Positions 1 to 13,400 of a stretch of 64,000 bases of DNA are shown here, piece after piece. Position numbers and translations under genes: made by a program. The stretch's first letter is position 1; each line of letters starts with the position of its first letter. Below the pieces are notes generated by a model. That model did not search any database. It was not told the origin of the DNA and saw only the letters and a list, made by a program, of their open reading frames with translations. This DNA is from Ylistrum balloti (Eukaryota). The stretch spans positions 744,001-808,000 of the forward strand of contig NW_026781910.1 of NCBI RefSeq assembly GCF_031769215.1. Direction: 5' to 3'.

Positions 1-24
1 TCTCACATGAAAGCTTAACCATCT

Positions 25-455
25 AACATCTCTAGGGATCATGATCAATCAACTATGAAATAACATACCAGAGTCAGCCTTATAGCTTATGTAGAGGCCA
101 TGGTCAATCAACTATGAAACCCTCTAACATACCAGAGTCAGCCTTATAGCTTATGTAGAGGCCATGGTCAATCAACTATGAAACCCTCTAACATACCAGA
201 GTCAGCCTTATAGCTTATGTAGAGGCCATGGTCAATCAACTATGAAACCCTCTAACATACCAGAGTCAGCCTTATAGCTTAACTAGGGATCATGATCAAT
301 CAACTATGAAACCCTCTAACATACCAGAGTCAGCCTTATAGCTTATGTAGAGGCTATGGTCAATCAACTATGAAACCCTCTAACATACCAGAGTCAGCCT
401 TATAGCTTAACTAGGGATCATGATCAATCAACTATGAAACACTCTAACATACCAG
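25..455. repeat. 64-bp tandem minisatellite, about 7 copies, two unit variants
   Basis: AACTATGAAA recurs at 110, 174, 238, 302, 366 and 430 (period 64). The first unit at 51 is 5 bp shorter. Confidence 0.95.
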
Positions 456-1464
456 AGAAGTACACAAGTATGGTGGAAATCATGACTCTCTTACTTTGAT
501 CTGGACAAAAGTTTGTAACAAGACATCATTTGAAAAGTAATATTAATTGATGTATCATTACGCCATATTATTTTCATTGTGTCAAATTTGATTTGACAAA
601 GAGACTATACCATATATGGTGGGGAGAGAGAATTTCAGAACGGATAGTCCTTACAAGACAGTGGAAAACAGCCTAATTAGCCTGTTATCTTTTGGATTCT
701 CCTATGTAATATTTTTGCATATATATGTCACTAGTGTAATATACTCTGGAGCATTTCATGGCTGTACCAGTCAGAAATCAATTGGGCTAAAAATGCACAA
801 TGACATTACAAAATGAATTGAAACTGGCCTCGCATTAAATGGCTACCTCTGTTTACTTTCATCCTTCATAACCTGTCGGAGTTATGTGACAGGAAGTTCC
901 TTCAATTTGTTTTAATTTCATACCAGATTCTAAGAAACGTGTCTCAAAGCTTAAACTTTTGCTCACTAAGTCTTGCAAAAAATCAGATTCTAAAACTTAT
1001 TTACCTGGTACATTATGACCTGTCTTACATATTTCAAGACATTTCTTTGTACTTTACTGTAAACAATATATCCGAGTTATCAGAATACAACATATAGGAA
1101 TCCCTGGTCTGCTACCTAACGTCCTATACTGATAATATTGAAAACATTCCTTGTTTACTAGATTTTATTTGTGTGAAGGAAGTCGATATAATCTTTAACA
1201 GTAATATACACTTCACAGCGCTATCTTATTTGGTTTAGTGGCTAGCTCTCCCTATCAACAGGTATACCTCCAACACTATCATCTTTAAACTATAGTCACT
1301 GTCAGACTGACAGATAACCAAAGAAATTATCAGTATACTGTTGTCCTTATAAGTGAGCCTTGTCTCAAGTAATGATATCTTGCATTATCTATGAGGTCTC
1401 ATTTTAAAATGAAACAGTTTTAGTAGGGGTTGAGGGTGTGGGAGATTTAACTGGAAATACATAC

Positions 1465-4400
1465 CTGCGCGGTGGTATCCAAATGACATGTTTTTGGTGG
1501 CAGGTTTTTTTGACAGGTAGATGGCAAGGAGGGATATGAGGAAACTAATTAGGTCACTACCCAGGTGTAAGACATCAGTGAAAAGAGCGAGACTGTCGGA
1601 CAAAACTCCACCTGCAATCAAAAAACAATTATAGTATATTAAATACATTTATGTACAGCAATCCGTTCAGTTATACCCTGAGGTTGGCGTTATACAGTAA
1701 CCTCAGTCTCTTTCTAAGCATAACACATGACTCATGAAAACAGTAATCTGCATTATCTAATAAAATGTGTCATTCGTTACGACAGGACCTCACAATTTAC
1801 TTATATCGTGATCATTATGAAATGCATTTCATGGTAGAATTTGTCATCTTAAAAAAAATTAAGATGGTTTAATTGGATTGAAATTTTTAACTGTTTCAAA
1901 TTTTAATCATAATAACTGACTGATGTCATCATGAATATTCATTAGTGCTGTTCTAACCTAACAATGCAGTGTAGTGCTAAAATTTACCACGAATAAAAAC
2001 ATTAAAAATAACATACAGTAAACCTGTCATTGATGAATTACAATATAGAGAAATTTCAATGTGATAATTGTCATCATAGCATGGTTCTACAAAGTCTTTT
2101 TTATTGATTGTCTGTTGATCACACCGAAACGATGGGAAGTTTTCTAGTGACTCATCAATAATGACATCATAATTTAATGAAAAGTTCAATTATGGATGAA
2201 TACAAGAACCTTGTATCCATTTCTCTGGACCACTATAGTCACTTTTGCTTAAACAGATGTCATATCTGAAGATATGCAGACTTTGATCAGATAAATGTCT
2301 GAAGTTTAATATCAGTGTTAAAAGTTTATATACAGGTAAATGAATACGTGTAGGTATCATTCTATGTCAGATGTCATAACGGTATCGAAATCAGCATCAA
2401 AATTATTTGTAAACAATGAAGCTGTATAGTAGATCTTATCTCTAGGATATGTGTCTCTGGGTTTTATCTTGTGTTAATGTGAAGGCCACATCAAACGTTA
2501 TTAGGTATACCACCATCATAGTCCCTGTTTGTACAACACTCCAAAAACACTAAAACCCAATCGATGTCTTGTCTAGTGTACTACATGACAGGTGTGGGAA
2601 TCTTTATGTTGTTTATAGTCATAAATAATTCATGTTACGGTTATATAAAGGGTTTTATTGATATATTGTGCCTGGTCATATTTTGCAAATAGCTCTTTGC
2701 ACATGTTATAGATAATTTGTATTTACAGGAAGAATTTCAACTTCTAACTACTGTGGTTTATTTCCTCAATCACACATACCAGATATTTTAATGTCACCTA
2801 TATATACAACTCTCCATGTGGATTTCCATGGCACCTCAGTCCATTTGGACCCACAGTAAACACCCTTCACGAATTTCCATCAGGGACAACGTATGATTGA
2901 TAAAAAGTGTAATTATTGGTCTAAAGTAATTCTTATCTGACTCTATTAAATGTAATTTAAGTATTTTCCCCGGTTTCCCCTTGAAAATTGCAAGAAAATC
3001 ATAGCAAGGTGGTCAACAGTGAAAACTTCTGATGCATCAACCAGTCAGTAGTTTGGCATGTTGCCAGCGTCAGAAAGCATCTTTCAGAAATAGAAACAAC
3101 TAGATTTTTAATAATTTTGGAGGTCAAAACATTTTCTCAGAAAGCTGGAGGGTTGAAACACATAATCAGATATTAAAATTCCATCATGACTGAGTCCAAA
3201 TTTATTTTTGGAGTCAAAACACATTCTCTAAGGTCTACTTGTAAGAGCCACGTGTACCTTTTTCACTTGTTTACATATATCTAGGAAAATTCTTTCCATT
3301 ATAATTGATGACCTCTCTTTCAGCAAAGTAATTAGAAAAACTCCTGTCATGTTTGCTCTGATAGGTCATAAACATTACTGTGCCAATTAGTGAAAAATCT
3401 TTGCATCTAGGGAATTCAGAATTTATTAGGGCACTAATAAACAGCTAATTGGCTATACATTACAAATTTTGTTTTTGATCATACAACCTTGACTTTAATC
3501 TAAAATGGTTACCGACATTCTAGCTATCAACTATCCTATTAATATTGTTATATGTAATTTGTTTTATTTGTTTTTTATTTTATTTTAGACATGTCATCAG
3601 CAATATGTCAGTGACCCCACACAGGACCGATAAATGTGGAGAAATATATTTCAATAGCTTGTGTATATATAGATTGGGAACAGTGGCACTGTCCACCAGC
3701 ATTCTCACTAAAGGTACTTATCACATTACATTAATTAGCATCCAGGGTTCCATTGAAATGTATGTTTTTCATTTATAATTTTAACAGTAAGTAATTGGAG
3801 AGACAAATTCATTAATTACCATGCTATTATATATGTATTACAACATGTATTTCTCCCAATAGATTTAAACTAAAATACATGAATATGATGAACATGTCAG
3901 TTGTAAGTATATAAAAGTATAGGTGTCATTTGTACAAGCTTAATCATCATTCAGGCCGTTATCTTTCTAAATTAATCTCACTGCAACCCTGATTGTTGAG
4001 GACTGTCACAGTTTATCATAATGATGCTGTCAATATCATGACGTACACATCGAGATGGCTGCTTTCTCCGATTGTTTTTAATTTTCCTGATATAATGACT
4101 AACGTTTACACCTACAACAGGACTGACATTATTTGCGGCAGGCTGGGTTTGATATATCAATGTGTCACTACATAAACATGAAGATACTACAGAATATATC
4201 ATATTTCTGTATCATCTTCAGATAATGGGAAATACATTCAGTACAATATATACTGAATATAGTTTAAATAGCTTTCTGTATTATTTTGTCCTGTATTGAT
4301 CAACACAAATAGACATACTATCATGATGATCCTAAAGCTTGCCAATGGTAATTTCAAAGCAGTTCAAAAACAAAAATCAGTTGTGTTTATTGGTCATAAA

Positions 4401-7400
4401 TAATTATATAACGTCATAATTCTGGCAATTGTAGGCCTAAGTTTTTGTATTATTTAAAAGCCATTCATATCATATTGTTGTTACCATCATTTGTATGCTA
4501 TCATGCTATTTCATTCTCCTGTATTAAGTTCACTCCCTAACTTTGAGTGATATGACGTAATGTGAGGCCCCTGGGCTTACTGTAGAATCAATACGGTCAG
4601 TAAACTGTATGTAACATTAGCATATATATAGTCATCAATAGGTGGGTAACTTTTGACTTCAGATCACAGAGTATATATCTGATCTTGTGAGTAATGCTCC
4701 CAGCCATTTTGAAGTGCATTAAGATTTCCTACTTTGTAATTCAGACTGAAAGACTGCAAAAGTTTGTTATCAGTGAAAGACATCCACATAAAGATGTTAC
4801 TCCTATATTCTTAAACTTAATAGGCTCATATTCAAACATTTGGTTGAAAAGAAATTCATTAGATTTACCGAGACACTCCATTTGACTTTTTAAAAACTAT
4901 ACCTAAATGTATGCATGTCACATATTTCTGTATAAAGTTAACACCGGAAATATATTGACATGTCTCATGGCATTGTGCATTGTTAATCTGAAACAGTGCA
5001 GTTGAATTTCAATCTAGGTGTTTCTTTACAAAAAGTTGTTTGTACCTGCAAAACCTGTTTTTGTTAAATTAAAAAATTAACACATTTATATAAGTTCATT
5101 AAATCTGAAATATATTGTACACATTTAGGACACGTGTATAGTTATTGACTGCAACATATATCCTTGTACTTAAAGTTGTGAGGTTGACTTGCATCCATTA
5201 TTAAAATAATCACATTGCTATGCAGTTCCCTCAGCTGCAGAAAAGTCATTAGTCCCTATAATGATAGCTAATGTAAACAACCAGTTAAATAAACCATGAG
5301 CCCGATATTCCCTACTGTCACTTACCAGTCAGTAGATAATATAATGATGTTGCCAATTTGCAGATTACTGTAAAGCCTAGAAAATTTCCAGAATATTATT
5401 GAAAAGGATGATTTCTGTATTTATTAGCAGAAAAAATGGGGCAAAGCCACAATTGGGCCGGGTTGCGGGATGAGTGCAATGTTATATGGTATTTATAAGA
5501 CAGTTAAAGGTGTTTCATTTAACAAGAATTATTTCACTATGTACAATGTACACATTTTTAGACAGGGCCATAACAATCTGAACTTAAACGAAACAACCTA
5601 AAAACAAGTTGACACAGTATTCAAAATATTAGCAAATTTGTCACAACCTGGAGGCATAATTACTGTTCTGGCAAAATTTTGCTTTGAAAATTCCATGCAG
5701 AATTTTTTACAATTTATGGCAGAAGTACTTATCAATTAATTACTGAAATTAGATATTGTTTCCATGTAAAAAAAATACCCAAAACACTAAAATTTATCAG
5801 ACACATTGAGGGCAATAGAAATGCCTGAACAAGGAAACAACATTTCACATTTATTTTTATATTGGAGAACATAAAACAACGCACACAAATACTATATAAC
5901 TCTACAAGGTAGTTGTACATATATACATTATGTAGCTCCACTATTTAAACCACAGTAAAGCACACTCTGTATAATCATTAAGTAATAAGATGCAGGAAAT
6001 TACTCACACGGTAATATATTAATAGTATTTAGATCACACTTGTTTTCATAGCAAACTTATATAACCATAATGCAGACCCTGTGACACAACATGTTGAGGT
6101 TACCATTATCAATAAATTACAACTTCTTTTATTCATTTTCTATACAAGTGAGATGTTAATTACAAACCTGAATTGTTTCAACCATGATTAAAATTATGAC
6201 AGCAGATTTTGTGCAGAACTGAGTTTGGATTAAAAGCAAATATGTCTAAAATTGTCTATCAGGCGTGTAGGTATCATAGATTTTAAAATTAGAAGTTTTG
6301 CACCTGTACACTGAAGTCTTGTGATTAAGATAATGGAAAAGAAATAAAAGCAGCTGCACAGCTAAGATTGAAAGAGACATCATAAAAATATAACACAAGC
6401 TCTTTCCCAAATTTAGCTTTAGGGTGCCACAAAGTTTAAAGTAAAGTTTACTCATACTGAGAAAAAAAGTTTGGAGCAGAGGTGTCACATCATACATTTG
6501 AACGAGAGGTGGAAATTGCCTGATTTAGACCAGCAGCTGCACATTATACACCTAAGTTGATAATCAGCATATGGCTAGATGCTTTATTCCTTGCAGCAGA
6601 TCTATATCGGTTTATTTTCTCTGTATACTGATCCAATCTGTGCCAGGAAAATGTCAGGTCTTTTTGAAAGCCTGGCTTAAGGAATCACGACTCTTTCTTA
6701 CACCTTGATGTTCTAATCTTTGTTAATGGATTGTTTGTTGTTTATTACAGGTTCTCTGCCTCTGTGATTCTTCCTATTGCTAAGTGTTGTCTCACCAAGG
6801 AATATCAGTATTGTTGTTTTTGTGACATAAGGTGTCTGCATAGAGTTGATGGAACCATCTGTATTTTAGGAGACAGTTCCCCATCCTAATAGTACCTTCC
6901 ATTAATGGTGCAGATATGTTGGTGTTCGCCTAATTTATCCCAAATACTAGGTATCCCTGGACTGACCTGCATTTGTAAGACAAGATGGTAAAGATGCTGG
7001 GTGGGGCCTACAGACTTTTTTTCATAAGTTTATGAATTTTAGATGTCTATCTTATACCCTGATAAGACAGGAGTATTACTTGTATCTCTGTACTCCAGCA
7101 TTATCACACGAAACAATGATCGAGGATGACAGTTCTTCCAAATGGAGTGGGACTTTAAAGAGATATAGATATATCACTGCTGGGATATATTTTCACACAC
7201 CAGATGGTTCTAGTCTATCAGGACCAGGATTCCGTCACTGTTTAATTATCTGTAGTTTGTTATAGAACAGGTCAGAATATATTTACATGTATTTCATATT
7301 TTTAGAAATCTTATCCCTTTTCTAACAGATAGGACTTGTCCAATCACAGAAAATGTGTACTATTTTCAGGGGGATCCTCCCAAACTGGGTTTGTATATTA

Positions 7401-10400
7401 TCTTATCTATGACACTTTAATCATGTTTATTGCATTCACCTACTGTGAGAGTTCAAAGACATGCAGACTTCTACTGGAGCATAAATAGATACCAAGATAT
7501 GTTACTCGTGCCAGCTCATTTGTTGGTTTTGTAGCTAGCTAACCAGGTATTTTATTTACAACAATATAGGATTTACTATAAGTAGTACTTAATTCATTTA
7601 AATAAAGTCACTATTTCTACCAATGACCTCATCATTACCAGTGCTACTTCATATGTCACAGACAATGGTATCCTGAAAACATTTCGTTATTCTCCAATTA
7701 AAACAAAAATCTGGTTTCAACATTTGTGTAAGAAATCAGAACAAAATTAAGCAATCTTTTATGAATAGAGATTATTGAAGAAACTTGCCCCAAAAATGGG
7801 GCCTAGATATGTCAAATGGTTAAACCCTTGGCATATAATAGAATATCATCTCCGATAAAAATCTGAGGTGCATGGATTGAGGTGCATGGTTCAAGGTGCA
7901 TGGATTGAGGTGCATGGTTCAAGGTGCATAGTTTGAGGTGCGTGGTTCAACACTTCCTACCCATGGCAGTATTTTGTTTGACAAGAAGCTGAGAAATGGA
8001 CCAGTCTGTGTAGTTGTAATTGTGTCCATGGGCAAGACACATCACTCTAACTGCTTTGGATAGCAAGCGATGGCACTTTAGTGTTCAGTGAGGTAGCTAT
8101 GGCCACCAGCTACTACAAAGAGATCCACCCCCACCCTCCTCAAAATAACCCTGTCTTCATGTTTACAGGGCCTTAAACCCAGCAAACAAAAAAAAACCCA
8201 ATTGCCCAAAACCTTATGAACAGATCTGGACAGATGGGCAGAATCTGATAGTACTCCATAATGAGTCCATAGTTTAGGTTTTCAGAAATTGGTGTACTAT
8301 ATATTATTTGTATTATAGGCTTAAGTCAACATTTTTATCATTCTATTGTGAGGAAACCCTCATAATGTACATTTTTCACATAGTGATCATGCAGTCTCCT
8401 TTATGCATGGACATGGACATACAAAAAAAAGGTGTCAGGTACCAGTGGCCTTACTGTAATTACTTGTACCATCCAAGTCTCATCACTGTAAAATTCATTT
8501 AACTGAAAAAAAAGTGTTCTTGTAAACCTTCATAACTCACAATGTAAGCTGTAATGTTTATGTCATACATTCATGCTATTCATGTACAGTGTGTCCTGTA
8601 GAAAAAGAAGAGGTCAATGGGATCTGTAATTCTATACTATTACAACAACATGAATATTTACACAAGCGTTTTACGCAAAACAGGTCTTAGTAAATTTTTT
8701 TGTTTAAGTCAACTCATGATACTTGTCACATTGAAAAAACAAGCATAAGTTACTCGAAGGAAGCATTTAACTATATTCAACTATAGCTAATATATATATT
8801 TTCACAACAGAAATATTTTGTACTATTTTGTGCTCCAGGCCAAGGTATCACCCTTCATGCACCTTAAATATGTCAATCTAGAACCATTTACTTCACTCAA
8901 GTACATGATCAATGAACTTCAGCTACAGGTTTTCACTTTACTAGTGGTGTGAGTGAAGTATTTCATTATATATATCACAAATGTATGAATATTATGTGAA
9001 AAGTTACTCTTTAAAAAAAATTTAAGAATACAATACATGACTTTCTGCCCAATGTCTGGGACATAAATTCCAAGTGTCGCCAACTTTCCGGATTTTAGCT
9101 GGTCAATGTCATATATACCCGGTAATTTGCCATATCATGACCTGATCAAGTGATCAGTAACTAAAGTTTCAAATTCATTTTTTGAATACAGTTATATATT
9201 CAAATTCATATTCAAACATAGTCCATCATCTAAATATATACAGATGTGATAACTACACAAATGAACTGATTATAAGATCTTCTTAACTGATGACCTTTTA
9301 AAACACTGTCACCCTTGATTTTGAAGGCAATGACCAGATAGTATTTGACAAGAGGTTAGCAACATTGCAAATTAAACTGATAAAAACAATGAAAAAATGT
9401 CCATCGTGGTACTTTTTCATTATGAGAATACTTATGGGTATAATAAAGGATTCTCAACATCCGAGAAGCTGTCCTTTTATTCCTATAAGTGTATCATCGA
9501 CATGTTTCAACCACTAAATGCAGCCATCATTAGGATGATGGTAACAAAAACAAATACATTAAACTAAGGAACAATCTGCAGTTAACAAAACATGATGTCA
9601 TAATGGACAATATATAGGAGTGAAAATTATCTTATTGGAAAGTTAAGTAAAATTATCTAGAGGATTTAAAATTGTCATAAAAACTATATACAGAAATAGT
9701 TTCATCAATAAAATGTGCAGGTTTCACATCTAGTTACAGTGCGTCATCTTGTAGGCAGTTAGCTAGGTAGTCCAGTTGATGCTGTTTTCCCTGCATACTT
9801 TTTAGTGCAGTGGGTACATTTTGTTTAAGGCTTAGTTCTCCTTCTGAGGTATCATTTTGTGGTGCTTACTGGATGTCGAGAATCCTTTATGTATAAGTCA
9901 ATTACATAGCAAGGATCTCTATTGAATATAACATGGTGTCCATTCAGGGACATTTCCTAGACATCTAGAGTGTTGGTTTTCACTATTTGGGTTTTCTCAT
10001 ATGAGAATACGTGTAGAATTTGAAAGCATTTCATCATGAAAATTCTTGTGGAAGTTGAAATAGTTGAAACGTTTGATTTTTCTTTCTTCAGACATATTTG
10101 CTTCCAAAACTTTATGGTATAATGATAGAATTAAAGTCTTTTGAACCCCTGCATACAAGATTCAGAGAAGGGAAATAACTCCCCCACAATTATAACTCCT
10201 AAGGTATTATAGACTGGGATTAGTTGAGCTTAAACTAGAAGTCTAGTATATATAAATTTGTCATTATTGTGGCTTTCATACCAATCTACACATACATCAG
10301 TAGCTATTTATGGTGAAAGAAAGTTAGTCTCCCGACATATAATACACATCTTTTTAGTAGACTTGTAGCTGACTGATTTAGATCTGTGACAAAATTTTAT

Positions 10401-13400
10401 TTCACACAATTTACACACATATAAAACATCACCATTACCTATAATATATATATCAATTAAACAGTTCAAAAGTCTTTGACCAGAATATGATAGAGCTGAA
10501 ATCCTTTCAATTAGAAAAGTGGGTGTACATGTATCATTTACGTAGTATTTATGTATCTATACAAATATCTTTCCTAAGGCTAGACACATTAATATCAAAT
10601 TAATCATACCTCTGATATCAACAATTTCCTTTTAACTTTTTAAGATATATATGATGTGCATAAATACAAATTAACCTTCCTCAAGGTAAACCACAACTGT
10701 AACAAATATGTACATCATTCAAAATGTTGACGTAGAAACCAAAGTTGTACTAATGTATACAGGCAGATGATGGCTTTATAAGCCAACACTTAAGTTGAAA
10801 ATATATGCAGCACAATGCAGAAATATAAAAACAATTGTTTTGATTAAGCACGAAAATTATTTGATTGACAATTCAAATATCTTAAATACATTCATTCATT
10901 TTTTATACTACAGAAGTATAGAAAACATGGTATGAAAAAAACCCCAAGGAGATCACAGAGGGAACTTGGTGTCCACCATTGTTTGATCTTTATTTGTTCT
11001 TTGAAAGTTACATCTTTTCCCTTCCTTTCTCTTCACATCTCTGTTTTTGCTCTTAATGATAAGACATTTGAACATTCAGAAGTTGTGATGACAATCTTTA
11101 CCTGCCAAATTCAAAATGGCTGCCTGAAAGCCATTTTGCTTCTTCTGATCAGTCCTAAAATCAAATAGGCACAAGGAGAGACCAAAGGGAACATACATAT
11201 GAAATTTGTGAGATTTCCATTCTGCACTTATTAAGAAATAGAGATAACAATCTTTACTAAGTGAAATTGAAGATGCCCGCTTGTGGGCCATTTTGCTTTT
11301 TTCTGATCAGTACCTAAATCAAACAGACACAACTAAGGATCAAGGGAAACATACACATGAAATTTGAAAAAAAACTTTGATTCAGCATTTCTCAAGAAAT
11401 AGCGATAACAAACTTTCACAGTTAAAATCAAAGATGGATGCCTTTCTGCGATTTTGTTTTTCTTATCAGACCCAAAATCAAACAGTCACAACTAGCGACC
11501 AAGGGGAACCTATTTACAAAATTTATCAGAGATCCTTCACAGACTTTTCAAGAAATAGCGATAACAAACATTCAAAGTCAAAATGAAAGATGGCCACCTC
11601 TCAGCAATTTCATTTTTTCTGATCAGACCTAAAATCAAAATGACACAACTACTGACCAAAAGGAATCTACATTTGAAATTCTTAGATAGATCCATCAAGT
11701 GCTTCTCAAGAAATAGCGATAACAATCTTTCAAAGTCAAAATCCTACACTGCTGTCTGTCATCCATTTTGTTTTTCTAATCAGTCTCAAAATTACATGGG
11801 CAAAACTGGAGACCAGGGGAAACCAACATATGAATTTGAGAAAGATCCATCTTTTCCTTTACAACAAATAGCGACAACAAATTTCACTGAAAAAATTCAA
11901 GATGGCTGTAAGCCATTTTTTTTTTAATCAGTCCCAATATCAAATGGGCACAACTGGGGACCAAGGGGAACATACAAATGTAATTTGAAAAAGATCCATC
12001 CTGAACTCAAGAAATAGCAATAATAAAAATTGCTTACGGACGGACCACGGATGCAGAGCAATCTGAATAGCCCATCATCTGATGTTGGTGGGCTTAAAAT
12101 GGAGTAAGCTATACTGTTCACAAAATTCAATATCAGAAAATTTATAGGAAAATAATACCGTACTTTACATACATATTCCTAAATAACAATGAATCATAAG
12201 TACAAGTCTGTTAACAGGTAACATATTTCACACTTAATCATTATTCACCTCTGTTCAACAATATCATGAAGTCAATGACTAATTAATGTTTAAAACTTCA
12301 TCTATCTGGTCTTGTGCTTGCTGACATTTATGGAGATGATTTAGCTTTGTTATACATTAGATATTTTAATTACAAAATTGAAAATCAATAAGGTGATCAG
12401 GATGTTTTAAGTACAAATTAAAATGTACATGTATTCTGTAGAACCAAAGGCTTATTTAATTACCATCCCCCTGGAGACACTGCTTAGACAATTATACACA
12501 AGTCTTTGATGTAAATCCTATGATCATGCAGCTCATCCAATTAGTGAGTCACATCATGAACTTCGAACCAAGTCTGTGATCATATGAAGATGATAACCAT
12601 AAAATGGTCTAAGAAGGGCTTTTCTAAAACAGTAAAATTGTCACTATTTAAAGTTTCATTTTCTGAGTTTTCAGCCTTTATTAAAGAAATATAAACATAA
12701 TTGTTTGCCCTTGTCCATCAATTTTTAGTTTAGATAAAGATTTTGTTAACTTGTTTGCATTTTTCTTGTTCACAAAATACTTATTCAACATATATGTCGC
12801 TTTTAGTTATGTCCACATTCAGATGTGGTTTGTCACACTAGTTGACACATTTACAATTCTCTTAACTTGGCTGAATCAATGCAGCAATCTAAGTTATGCA
12901 ACTTGCAGTGTGACAGATATTTCATAAGTTTACATTCAATTTCAAATGTGAAAAAAATAATTTGTATATGACTGTCTTTCATTAGTAAATGCCAAGCAGT
13001 TATTCTGAATCATAAAGCATACACAATTGTACACTGTATACACAGCTCTGAACTTAAAAGAAGTTTTCAAATAAATACAAGTTCAATATCTTTGAAGAAC
13101 AGATTTTACTGTTCAAATATCTTTGCAAAACAACAATTTGATAATAAAGTACTCTTATAGGTAGTGCTGGTACATTAATTTGAGTTGACATTTATGTGAT
13201 CTATGAATGACAACCAGATATTTCAAGGGCATAATTTAATGAAGCATGCATGCCAGTGCCTTTAAAAAATTATCCAAATGGCATTCACACCATCCAACTA
13301 AAATCAATTCCATGCTAATCTTGTTATCATGGGAGGTAACATCAATTTACTTCCACTACTTGCAGTACTCCTAGTTTGCTGATAGATCATGAGTTGTTAA

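Noticed and set aside
9700-9960. piggyBac cysteine-rich C-terminus
   Set aside because: CTHC...CETC could fit, but the YxGxT after CxxC and the downstream hammerhead favour a Penelope-like origin. Not fully excluded.
11076-12130. Cluster of overlapping ORFs in the ZnT intron
   Set aside because: They are by-products of the 157-bp tandem array and contain no domains.
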